Shown piece by piece: positions 9,588 to 19,028 of a stretch of DNA of 64,000 nucleotides (positions are counted from its first letter, which is position 1; every line of letters begins with the position of its first letter). The notes beneath the pieces are model-generated. The model searched no databases. It saw nothing but the letters and a program-made list of their open reading frames with translations, and was not told the origin of the DNA. A program made the position numbers and the translations under genes. Origin of the DNA: Bifidobacteriaceae bacterium (GTDB taxonomy: Bacteria > Bacteroidota > Bacteroidia > Bacteroidales > Bacteroidaceae); the NCBI GenBank assembly GCA_963627025.1, contig CAVFZF010000004.1, forward strand, positions 3,275 through 67,274, read 5' to 3'.

Positions 9588-12500
9588 ATGAATAGAAAAT
9601 ATATTATCAGACTTGTCGTCACTGCCATCTCGCTCACGGTTGCTGCTCCTTCTGCCGTCCTGGCGCAAAATACAGTTACGGGTTCTGTTGTCAATTCGTT
9701 GACACATGAGAAATTCGCAGGTGCCAGCATCACCGTTGTCGGAACGGATGTCGTGGCAATGAGTGACGGGGAAGGACAGTTCAGTCTGGGCAATGCCAAA
9801 AAGGATGATGTACTCCTTGTTGAGGCTCCGGGCTGTGAGATGCAGTTTGTGGCAGTACGTGACAGGAACGACATCGTTATATCCCTTACCCCGAAATCAG
9901 ATACCCAGCCGTTTTATTCCGACGGCTCTCTGTCACCGTTTGCCACTGTTTCCGTCAACGGAATGAACGATGCGGCACTCTCTGCATCCGATGTGATAGG
10001 TGCGAAACTCAATGGCGATGTGCGCAGCATTGCCCAGTCGGGAATAGACGCGGCAGGAAGCGCGATGCTGATTCGCGGCATCCATTCCATAAACATGGCA
10101 AATGCGCCCCTCTTTGTCGTTGATGGCGTAATCTGGCAGTCTCGGGATGACCAGCAGTCTATCCTCTCCGGCTATTACAGCAATCCACTTGCGCTCATCT
10201 CGCCCGATGATATAGAGAGTATCCAAGTGCTGAGAAACGGTACTGCACTCTATGGTGCAAAGGCTTCAAACGGTGTTGTCGTCATCAATACGAAGCGCAG
10301 CCACAATATGGCTACGGAAATCTCTGTGAACGTGTGGGCTGGAATGAAGTCTCCATTCAAGAGCATTCCGATGATGAACGCATCGGATTACCGCACCTAT
10401 GCCACTGACATAATGCGGGGGATGAAAGATGCCGGCAGTGTGGTTGACCAGTTGCATTTCACCGATGACGATGCTTCCGGCTCATATTATGCGGCGACTC
10501 ACAATGACACAGACTGGAATGATGTTGTCAACAAGTCTGCCTTCACGCAGAACTACAGTATCGGAGTGCGTGGCGGAGATGACATTGCGCTGTACTCGTT
10601 CTCACTTGGCTATGCCCACAATGACGGCAATATAGACAACACAGACTTCAGCAGGTTGAATGTGAGGTTCAATTCTGACATCAAATTCACAAAGAGTTTC
10701 ACGGCGAAAGCGGACATCTCGTTTGCCCAGATTACACGCAACCTGTTTAATGACGGCATGGATGAGTATGCCTCTCCGCTGTATCTGTCATACATAAAGT
10801 CGCCGTTGTACAGTCCCTATCAGTATGACACGTCGGGCAATCTCTTCGACAAGATTTCCGACAAGGACGAGTTGGGAGTCGGCAATCCCCTTGCCGTCAT
10901 CGGCAATGCGGACGGAAAGGTCAAGAACTACCGCTTCACGGCATCCTTCGTTCCGAAATACCAGTTCCTTTCCAATGCCTATGTTTCTGCCTTGGTGGGC
11001 TTCTCTTGGGACAAGATAAAGGAGAGTGCGTTCACTCCCGACTTCGGTCTTGCCGAACGTCCGCTCTATAATGACCAGGGCGATTGGTATGGAGATGGCA
11101 ACAACAGTGTCGCTTCGCTGATGACACGCCACAGCACCGTCACTCTGGGAGCGGATGTCGTGTGGGATGCCCTCAAGGGGGTAAATACACTGTCACTCCA
11201 TGGAGGTTTCTCGTTTATGAACAATACCTACGAGAGCAATTACGGTATGGGTTACAATACGGGTAGTGATAACCTGAAGAACCTTTCCGTCACGAATTCC
11301 GACCTCCGCACTATGCTCGGCCTTGATGACAACTGGCGTTCGGTGCGCTGGAATCTTGTGGCAGACTATAACTTCCGTCACCGTTATTTCATCACCGCCA
11401 TTGCTGCAATGGAGAGCAACTCCAGATTTGGTGACAAGGCAAAAGACGCGTTCCGTTTCTGCGGAACACAGTGGGGCATATTCCCCTCTGTCACCGGCGC
11501 ATGGGTAGTAAGCAACGAGAGATTCATGAAAGGTCTGCCGTTCGTAGACTTCCTTAAAGTGTACACAGGCTATGAGATTACCGGCAATGACGACATCCCC
11601 GTCAACGCTTCGCGTGCCTATTTCGAGAACGTGAATTATGCCGGACTTGCCAACGGACTTGCCATCAGCAACGTCGGAAACGGCAAACTGACCTTTGAGA
11701 AAACCGCAACATGGAACGTGGGCATTGACTTGAGGGCTTTCGGCAACAGATTGAGTGTCGGTGCAGAGTACTATATCTCCACGACAAACAATCTCCTTGT
11801 GCAGAAACAGTTGGGAGAAGAGTATGGACTGAAATACTATTGGACCAACGACGGCAAACTCGGTAACCGTGGATTTAATGTCAATGTGGATGCCAGAATT
11901 GTCGAGGGAAAAGACTGGAGACTCAATGCCGGACTCTCTCTGGGTCACTACAAGAATGAAATCAAGTCGCTTGGCAACGGCGGATTCACCACTTCCGTGT
12001 TGGACGGGACGGTGCTTACCGCAGTAGGACAACCCCTCGGAGTGTTCTATGGCTACAAGACGCTCGGCGTGTTTGCCACCAAGCAGGCAGCAGATGAGGC
12101 TAACCTCTCTGTCGTTTCGGAAACGGGAGCAAAGTCAAAGTTTGGTGCGGGCGATATGCATTTTGCCGACTTGCATGCCGATGGCATAATTGACGAGAAT
12201 GACAGGACGGTGATAGGCGACCCCAATCCAGACATTTACGGAAATTTCCACCTTAACTTACAGTATCGGAGATTTGCCCTTGAGACGTTGTTCACATATT
12301 CTCTCGGCAACGATGCGTACAACTCCTTGCGTGCCAGTCTTGAGAGCGGAAAAGACCTGCACAACCAGACGGTCAACCTCGTGAACCGTTGGACAGCCGA
12401 CGGACAGGTGACTTCCGTGCCGCGTGTGACCTACGGTGATCCGATGGGCAATGCCCGTTTCAGCGACCGTTGGATAGAAGATGCCTCCTATCTGAGGCTC

Positions 12501-12716
12501 AAACAGATTACGGCATCATATACATTGCCGATAAAGCCACGGCTCATACAGGGTGCGAAGATATGGGTCTCTGTGAACAATGTGTTCACACTGAGCAAGT
12601 ATCTTGGGGCTGATCCCGAATTCTTCTACGGCAACAGCCTCCTCTATCAGGGAGTTGATGCCGGTCTCACGCCGTCCGCCCGTAGTTACAACATCGGAAT
12701 AAAGTTGAACATATAG
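9588..12716 (+). CDS. susC: SusC/RagA-family TonB-dependent transporter (copy 2)
   Basis: Signal peptide ending VLA-Q; PLFVVDG; ISPDDIESIQVLR..ALYGAKASNGVVVINTKR; IGDPNPD; SDRWIEDASYLRLK. Confidence 0.95.
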   Translation: MNRKYIIRLVVTAISLTVAAPSAVLAQNTVTGSVVNSLTHEKFAGASITVVGTDVVAMSDGEGQFSLGNAKKDDVLLVEAPGCEMQFVAVRDRNDIVISLTPKSDTQPFYSDGSLSPFATVSVNGMNDAALSASDVIGAKLNGDVRSIAQSGIDAAGSAMLIRGIHSINMANAPLFVVDGVIWQSRDDQQSILSGYYSNPLALISPDDIESIQVLRNGTALYGAKASNGVVVINTKRSHNMATEISVNVWAGMKSPFKSIPMMNASDYRTYATDIMRGMKDAGSVVDQLHFTDDDASGSYYAATHNDTDWNDVVNKSAFTQNYSIGVRGGDDIALYSFSLGYAHNDGNIDNTDFSRLNVRFNSDIKFTKSFTAKADISFAQITRNLFNDGMDEYASPLYLSYIKSPLYSPYQYDTSGNLFDKISDKDELGVGNPLAVIGNADGKVKNYRFTASFVPKYQFLSNAYVSALVGFSWDKIKESAFTPDFGLAERPLYNDQGDWYGDGNNSVASLMTRHSTVTLGADVVWDALKGVNTLSLHGGFSFMNNTYESNYGMGYNTGSDNLKNLSVTNSDLRTMLGLDDNWRSVRWNLVADYNFRHRYFITAIAAMESNSRFGDKAKDAFRFCGTQWGIFPSVTGAWVVSNERFMKGLPFVDFLKVYTGYEITGNDDIPVNASRAYFENVNYAGLANGLAISNVGNGKLTFEKTATWNVGIDLRAFGNRLSVGAEYYISTTNNLLVQKQLGEEYGLKYYWTNDGKLGNRGFNVNVDARIVEGKDWRLNAGLSLGHYKNEIKSLGNGGFTTSVLDGTVLTAVGQPLGVFYGYKTLGVFATKQAADEANLSVVSETGAKSKFGAGDMHFADLHADGIIDENDRTVIGDPNPDIYGNFHLNLQYRRFALETLFTYSLGNDAYNSLRASLESGKDLHNQTVNLVNRWTADGQVTSVPRVTYGDPMGNARFSDRWIEDASYLRLKQITASYTLPIKPRLIQGAKIWVSVNNVFTLSKYLGADPEFFYGNSLLYQGVDAGLTPSARSYNIGIKLNI

Positions 12717-12730
12717 TGTGATTTCTGATT

Positions 12731-14395
12731 ATGAAAACAGCAAATAAGATAAAGACAGCAATCTCTCTGGCATTTGTGTCCCTCACCTTCCTTTCGTGCG
12801 GAGACATGATGGACATCGACTCCGACCGTGTGGCGTTTGAGAAAGACCACCGCATTGACAATGCCAATGACTCCATTTATTCTGTCATGGGCATACTGTC
12901 CAAGATACAGGCTGTCGCCGACAGGTGCATAATAATGGGCGAACTGCGTGGCGACCTGATGACTGTCGATGCCGCAAATGCCATTACCGATTTGCAGGAG
13001 ATAGAAAATTTCGAGGTCAACAGCACCAACCAGTATGCCGACAAGCGGGATTTCTACGATATAATAAACAACTGCAACTATGTCATTGCCCACATGGACA
13101 CCACCATTACCGAAGGGCAGACCAAGGTGATGCGTGCCGAGTATGCGCAGATAAAGACCCTCAGGGCATGGACTTACTGGCAGATGGCGCTGATATTCGG
13201 CAAGGTCAACTATTTCACTACACCTTTGCTTGATGCCGATACCGCCCAAAGCGACATGAAGACGGTCTCCATCGACGAACTTGCCGGCCTCCTTATTTCA
13301 GACATAGAACCGTATGCGGCAGAACGGGCACTCGACTACGGCAGCGTTGACGGCTGGAATTCGGCGGAATTTTTCGTGCCGGTAAAGATGCTGTTGGGCG
13401 ATCTCTACCTGTATAACAACGATTATGAGAAAGCGGCACAGTGCTATTACCAACTCATAGACGAGCGCAATGTCACCGTGAATGCATCGTATGCCAGCAC
13501 CTATACTACCGATACACGCACCGATGCCACGCTCGGCAACAACAACGCCTATCGTGACGAAGTCCTGTCACGGTTGGTTTTCGACAGCGATTTGCGCAGT
13601 CGGCACAGCCGGATGCGTCATCTGACCTACAGCGAGACCCCTTCGCTGCTCCCGGCTTCATGGTTTGTTGCCGACATGAACCTGCGTACGCACTTCCACA
13701 CCACGACAGGACAGGGTATCTCCCGTTATTTTGACGGTGACCTGCGCGGTTGTACGGAGTTGTCAAACGGAAAGAAGAAGCCTGCCGCCTATGGTCCCGT
13801 GTCGGTGGAAAATGCTGCGGAGCGCACGCTCATAACAAAGTATTACAACAACCTCTCGGGTTCTGAGAGTGACGAACTCGTCAACCGTCCTCTCACATCG
13901 CTTGCCCTGTATCGCCCCTCAACACTCTATCTGCGCTATGCGGAGGCGATAAACAGACTGGGCAAACCTACCATTGCCTTTGCCGTCCTGAAATACGGAC
14001 TCAACAGCACCACTCTCGGTGACACGCTCAAGGTGGACAGCAACGAGGTGAAACAGTTGCCTTCCTACATCAGTTTCAAGGCAAACAAATATGCCTCCAA
14101 CGTGGGTACGGCTGCCAGAGGATGCGGTCAGGGTATCCAGTTTGACACCCGGCTGTATGTCATACCTCAGTGTGCCGACAAGAAGGACAGTATAGAATAT
14201 GTCGAGGAATGTATCTTGCAGGAGATGGCAGCGGAGACCTGTTTTGAGGGAAACCGCTTCTTCGACTTGTTGAGGATGTCACGTCACCGCGACAATCATC
14301 CGGCATTCATGGCGGAAAAGGTAGCCCGCAAATCGTCGGTAGGCGACGCTCTCCGCCGGAAACTGTATGATTTGGTCAACTGGTGGGTAAAGTGA
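12731..14395 (+). CDS. susD: SusD/RagB-family lipoprotein (copy 2)
   Basis: Lipobox FLSC; GELRGDL; FYDIINNCNY; LRYAEAINRLG; ETCFEGNRFFDLLR. Confidence 0.93.
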   Translation: MKTANKIKTAISLAFVSLTFLSCGDMMDIDSDRVAFEKDHRIDNANDSIYSVMGILSKIQAVADRCIIMGELRGDLMTVDAANAITDLQEIENFEVNSTNQYADKRDFYDIINNCNYVIAHMDTTITEGQTKVMRAEYAQIKTLRAWTYWQMALIFGKVNYFTTPLLDADTAQSDMKTVSIDELAGLLISDIEPYAAERALDYGSVDGWNSAEFFVPVKMLLGDLYLYNNDYEKAAQCYYQLIDERNVTVNASYASTYTTDTRTDATLGNNNAYRDEVLSRLVFDSDLRSRHSRMRHLTYSETPSLLPASWFVADMNLRTHFHTTTGQGISRYFDGDLRGCTELSNGKKKPAAYGPVSVENAAERTLITKYYNNLSGSESDELVNRPLTSLALYRPSTLYLRYAEAINRLGKPTIAFAVLKYGLNSTTLGDTLKVDSNEVKQLPSYISFKANKYASNVGTAARGCGQGIQFDTRLYVIPQCADKKDSIEYVEECILQEMAAETCFEGNRFFDLLRMSRHRDNHPAFMAEKVARKSSVGDALRRKLYDLVNWWVK

Positions 14396-14415
14396 AAACA
14401 GTCGGATAAACAACA

Positions 14416-14480
14416 ATACATTATTTATACTTTTAGATACATTCGTTTTATGCCTGTTTTGTGCGGTATGTTTACCTTTG
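14416..14480 (+). promoter_or_regulatory. Bacteroidetes sigma-A promoter (-7 TACCTTTG, 14473-14480) with upstream ATACATT direct repeat at 21-bp period
   Basis: Matches TAnnTTTG; ATACATT at 14416 and 14437. Confidence 0.6.
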
Positions 14481-14538
14481 CACCAGAGACATTGACACTC
14501 GGAAAAAGAAAAATAAACACTTAAAACCTTTTTTAATT

Positions 14539-16641
14539 ATGAAACACTTAAACTCATTATTCGCAACATCTTTGTTGTCGGCTGCATTCTTCGCAGCCGG
14601 AACCGGAGCGCAGGCTCAGGTGTTCGAGAAACTTTCAGTGGACAATCTTCCCACAACCCACCGTGGCATGCCGACATTTGTCGATGTCAACAACGACGGT
14701 TACATGGATTTGTATCTCTGTGGCCAGCGTTGTGACGGCAACAACGAGACCGTCGGCGAGGGTGATGATGCCGTTGAACAGCATGTAGTAGTCCCGGAAC
14801 TCGGCAACTGGTGGGTGTTCGGTTCGCTTATGGTAAATCAGGGCAACGGCCAGTTCGCTTACCCGACACTGTCCTTTGGCGACCGCATGGATTCGTTTGG
14901 CTTGCCGCCATCGCTATGGAACACGACCCGTTGGTTTGACTTCGACAATGACGGAAATATGGATTACATCTCCATGGGGTGTTGTGACGGCTGGGGATTT
15001 GACATCAATGAGGAATATGACAAGAGGTATGTGCTGTTGTTTAAGAACGGCGGTGCCGACAAAGGATATGTCTTTGAGCAGGTGGCAAACAACGGAAATA
15101 TCCCGCAAGGCTACAATGAGGGCGACGGCAAGGCACGCAACAAGTCCAACTTCTCCTTTGCAGACTACGACCATGACGGCCTGACCGACATCGTGGTCCA
15201 GATGTACTACAAGGTAAAGGAAGGCGACGAGACGACGGTGTCTGTACGCAAGGTGGTTCTGCTCAGAAACAACGGAGACGGCACATTCAGCGAGATGAAC
15301 GTGTTTGAACCTATTCCTTACGCACAGAATCCCAATCCGAAGAATCTCTTCACCATAGATGAGGGCGATCCTGACGACCCCGAGTCAGAGACCACTTATA
15401 CTCCTATAAAGTGTATGCGCCCGATGACAGGAGGTGCAGTGACATTCGCAGACCTCAACAATGACGGTTATGCCGACATCATCACCGTGGGTTGGGCTGA
15501 CGGAGACAACAATCTCAGCGGTTCAAACCTCACAATCTACAAGAACAACCAGGACGGCACATTCAGCGAGGTAGACCTCACTGCCCAGAATTTCCCGGGC
15601 GTGACCAACGGAACAATTGCCGTTGCTGACTTCAATAACGACGGTTGGCTTGACTTCGCCCTCACAGGTGAAATCTACAGTCAGGAACAACAGTGGGTCA
15701 AGACTGCCGAACTCTACATCAATGCAGGTGACGGTGAGTTTACCTTTGCACGCAGTACGGCTGACGAAGGCAACGGCATGGTCGCTGCAAACGAGTCTGT
15801 CATGGCAGCAATCGACATAGACCACGACGGAATGGTGGATCTCCTGTACACAGGTTGGTCGCCTGTGAAAGGCAATTGGGCTACTGTCCTGCTCAAAGGC
15901 AGTGAGACCGGTTTCACGGAAGAGACCAGTGTGGGTGACATACAGACAGGCGGACTTGACTCGGGAAGTTTCTCTTTCGGTCACTTTACATCCAAGACAT
16001 CCCTTGATCTCGTCACTACCGGTTACTATGGACCCTACGGTACGTCGACAGACATATTCTCCAATGTCTATGATGCCGATGAAGTGGAGATTCCTGCTGC
16101 TCCGACTGACGTCAACACATCCTATGCTGACGGCAAACTTACCGTGACTTGGAAGGGCGAAGACAACGGAAACGGTGTCGGATACAATGTCTATGTGAAG
16201 AACAAGACCACAGGCTGGCTGTCCATGATTATCCCCGCTGACACGGAAACAGGACAGTTGAAGACCCTTCAGGAACTGCAGACAACACTCCGCAGCGACG
16301 ATCACTCTGAGATGTCTTACACTCTCAATATCGCCGATGCAGACTATGAGGTCGGCGTGTCGGCAGTAAATCCCGACGCAGTGGCAAGTGTATTCACCAA
16401 GAAAGACCATGCTGTAGCCAACGGCATCAAGACTGTAGACCAGTCAGCCGGCGACATAAAGGTAACGGTGGCAGACCGCACGATAACCGTGCAGGGTGCT
16501 GACGGTCAGGCTGTGAACGTTTACAATGCAGAGGGACAACTCGTCGCTGCCGGTGTGACCAATGCTCCTGTGGCAGTGAATGTCTCCGGTCTCTATCTTG
16601 TAAAGGTGAACGGAACTGCCAAGAAAGTGACAGTAAAATAA
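14539..16641 (+). CDS. Secreted FG-GAP/VCBS calcium-blade beta-propeller protein with FN3-like domain and T9SS-type C-terminal domain
   Basis: Start moved to ATG 14539 (MKHLNSLF), downstream of the promoter; six DxDxDG-type motifs plus one degenerate; PAAPTDV..LTVTW; ends VYNAEGQLV...GLYLVKVNGTAKKVTVK. Confidence 0.8.
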   Translation: MKHLNSLFATSLLSAAFFAAGTGAQAQVFEKLSVDNLPTTHRGMPTFVDVNNDGYMDLYLCGQRCDGNNETVGEGDDAVEQHVVVPELGNWWVFGSLMVNQGNGQFAYPTLSFGDRMDSFGLPPSLWNTTRWFDFDNDGNMDYISMGCCDGWGFDINEEYDKRYVLLFKNGGADKGYVFEQVANNGNIPQGYNEGDGKARNKSNFSFADYDHDGLTDIVVQMYYKVKEGDETTVSVRKVVLLRNNGDGTFSEMNVFEPIPYAQNPNPKNLFTIDEGDPDDPESETTYTPIKCMRPMTGGAVTFADLNNDGYADIITVGWADGDNNLSGSNLTIYKNNQDGTFSEVDLTAQNFPGVTNGTIAVADFNNDGWLDFALTGEIYSQEQQWVKTAELYINAGDGEFTFARSTADEGNGMVAANESVMAAIDIDHDGMVDLLYTGWSPVKGNWATVLLKGSETGFTEETSVGDIQTGGLDSGSFSFGHFTSKTSLDLVTTGYYGPYGTSTDIFSNVYDADEVEIPAAPTDVNTSYADGKLTVTWKGEDNGNGVGYNVYVKNKTTGWLSMIIPADTETGQLKTLQELQTTLRSDDHSEMSYTLNIADADYEVGVSAVNPDAVASVFTKKDHAVANGIKTVDQSAGDIKVTVADRTITVQGADGQAVNVYNAEGQLVAAGVTNAPVAVNVSGLYLVKVNGTAKKVTVK

Positions 16642-16659
16642 CAACAACGATTTTTTAGG

Positions 16660-18849
16660 ATGAACAACATGAAGAAATTGCTTCTCACGTTGGTAGTCTT
16701 TCTGGGTGTGCCGGTTGCCATACTGGCGCACCCAAACATTTCCATCACTACCGACAATCTACAACTTGTGCTACAGGTGAAAGACAATGGCAGGCTCTAC
16801 CAGACCTATCTCGGAGCCAGACTGAATGCCAACACCAGTCTTGACGACCTGTGTATGCCCTATGTCACGCCGTCGAGTTCGGGCATAAAGGGCTTTGAAG
16901 TCTACCCGGTAATGGGCACAGAGGACTATTATGAGCCGGCTTTCGAGATAAGGCACGCCGACGGCAACCCCACATCGGTGCTGAGTTATGTCTCGCACGA
17001 ACAGAAAACGGTTGACGGAGTGCAGGAAACCGTCATCCGTTTGAAGGACTCCCTCTATCCGGTAAGTGTCACCCTGCACTATGCGGCATATCCGGAAGAG
17101 GACATAATCAAGCAGTGGAGCGAGATTTCTCATCAGGAGAAAGGTGCGGTGACGATAAGCCGCTATGCTTCATCAATGCTCTATTTTGAGGACAGTTCCT
17201 ATTACCTGACCGAGTTCTCCGGCGACTGGGCGAAGGAGATGCAGGCAAAGGAGACACCTCTGGCATACGGCAAGAAGGTGGTGGACACCCGTCTGGGCTC
17301 GCGTACCAATATGTTTGTGCAGCCGTTCTTTGAGATTGGACTTGGCGGAACGGTTCGTGAGAACGAGGGACGCGTCCTGATGGGTACGGTAGGATGGACG
17401 GGCAACTTCCGCTTTACTTTTGAAGTGGACCACAACAACGCCCTTCGTGTCATCAGCGGTATCAATCCTGACGCTTCGGCATACACGCTCAAGAAGGGCC
17501 AGACATTTGTCACTCCTGAGTTTTACTTCACCATAAGCGACAAGGGATTGGGCGAGGGAAGCCGCAAATTCCAGCGTTGGGCTCTCCGTCACCAGTTGTT
17601 CAAGGGGCAGGAAGATCGTCTCACACTGCTCAACAACTGGGAAAACACCTATTTTGACTTTACGGAGGAGAAACTTGTTGACCTCATCGGCGAGGCAAAA
17701 GACCTTGGCGTGGACATGTTCCTGCTTGATGACGGTTGGTTCGGCAACAAGTATCAGCGCAATGCAGACAACGCCGCATTGGGCGATTGGGACGAAAACA
17801 GGGAGAAACTGCCCCATGGAATCCCTCACTTGGTAAAGACCGCAAACGACAAAGGCATCGGTTTCGGACTCTGGATTGAACCGGAGATGGTCAGTCCGAA
17901 GAGTGAACTGGCAGAGAAACACCCCGACTGGATACTTCAGTTGCCCGGTCGCGAGACCTATTATTTCCGTAACCAGTTGGTTCTTGACCTGTCCAACCCC
18001 AAGGTGCAGGACTATGTCTTCGGCGTGGTGGACAAGTTGATGACCGCCAACCCCACACTCAAGTTCTTCAAGTGGGATTGTAACAGTCCTATAACAAACA
18101 TCTATTCGCACTACGAAAAGCAGACGCAGGGCAATCTCTACTATGATTTCGTGCGCGGACTGTACAGTGTGCTCGACCGCATACACGCCAAATACCCCGA
18201 CCTGCGCATGATGCTTTGTTCGGGAGGCAGCGGCCGTTGCGACTATGAAGCACTGAAATATTTCACCGAATACTGGTGTAGCGACAACACCGACCCGGTG
18301 GAACGCCTCTTCATTCAGTGGGGTTTCTCGCACTTCATGCCCTCAAAGGCGATGTGCGCCCATGTCACCGACTGGAACGGACGTGCCAGCGTGAAGTTCC
18401 GTGTGGATGTTGCCTTCGGCTGTAAACTTGGTTTTGACATCGGTATGAAGAAGATTAGCGACGAGGACCGCCAGTATTGCCGCAATGCACTGAAGGAGTA
18501 TGACAGGCTGAAACCGGTCATCTTCAGTCCCGAACTGTATCGTCTGGTGTCGCCCTATGAGGGTAACCACTGTGTGCTGGAGCGTGTCGCTCCCGACAAG
18601 AGCCGTGCTGTAGTGCTGGCTTACGACATCCATCCTCGCTACAACGAGAACCTCCTGCCTGTCAAACTGCAGGGACTTGATGCCGAGGCGCGCTATCGTG
18701 TGACGGAGGTGAGCCTCATGCCCGGCCGCCAATCGTGGCTGCCGTGTGACGGAAAGGTATATACCGGCGACTATCTCATGAATGTTGGCATCAAGATACT
18801 GTCGAGCAACGATATGGTGAGCCACATCATTGAAGTCGTGAAAGAGTAG
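16660..18849 (+). CDS. Alpha-galactosidase, GH36
   Basis: LLNNWE; FLLDDGWFG; FGLWIEPEMV; FKWDCN (nucleophile); CSGGSGR; WCSDNTD (acid/base). Confidence 0.95.
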   Translation: MNNMKKLLLTLVVFLGVPVAILAHPNISITTDNLQLVLQVKDNGRLYQTYLGARLNANTSLDDLCMPYVTPSSSGIKGFEVYPVMGTEDYYEPAFEIRHADGNPTSVLSYVSHEQKTVDGVQETVIRLKDSLYPVSVTLHYAAYPEEDIIKQWSEISHQEKGAVTISRYASSMLYFEDSSYYLTEFSGDWAKEMQAKETPLAYGKKVVDTRLGSRTNMFVQPFFEIGLGGTVRENEGRVLMGTVGWTGNFRFTFEVDHNNALRVISGINPDASAYTLKKGQTFVTPEFYFTISDKGLGEGSRKFQRWALRHQLFKGQEDRLTLLNNWENTYFDFTEEKLVDLIGEAKDLGVDMFLLDDGWFGNKYQRNADNAALGDWDENREKLPHGIPHLVKTANDKGIGFGLWIEPEMVSPKSELAEKHPDWILQLPGRETYYFRNQLVLDLSNPKVQDYVFGVVDKLMTANPTLKFFKWDCNSPITNIYSHYEKQTQGNLYYDFVRGLYSVLDRIHAKYPDLRMMLCSGGSGRCDYEALKYFTEYWCSDNTDPVERLFIQWGFSHFMPSKAMCAHVTDWNGRASVKFRVDVAFGCKLGFDIGMKKISDEDRQYCRNALKEYDRLKPVIFSPELYRLVSPYEGNHCVLERVAPDKSRAVVLAYDIHPRYNENLLPVKLQGLDAEARYRVTEVSLMPGRQSWLPCDGKVYTGDYLMNVGIKILSSNDMVSHIIEVVKE

Positions 18850-18905
18850 TCCCGCTTTCAGAAAATGCCCTTTCCGTGTCGTCAGACAGGTGTTTGGGTA
18901 ATGTG

Positions 18906-18941
18906 ACAACGGTCGAAATGAATTTTCATTTCGGCCGTTGT
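18906..18941. other. 16-bp inverted repeat (hairpin or operator) between GH36 and the phosphatase promoter
   Basis: ACAACGGTCGAAATGA-ATTT-TCATTTCGGCCGTTGT, one T/G mismatch. Confidence 0.7.
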
Positions 18942-18963
18942 GGCTGTTGTGCGTTTTTTTCCG

Positions 18964-18971
18964 TACTTTTG
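18964..18971 (+). promoter_or_regulatory. -7 promoter element TACTTTTG for the phosphatase-MFS cassette
   Basis: TAnnTTTG about 57 nt upstream of ATG 19029. Confidence 0.6.
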
Positions 18972-19028
18972 CAGCGGTATTTCTGCCATCGGCAGTATGC
19001 AGTATATATTATAATAAAGGTGATTGTT

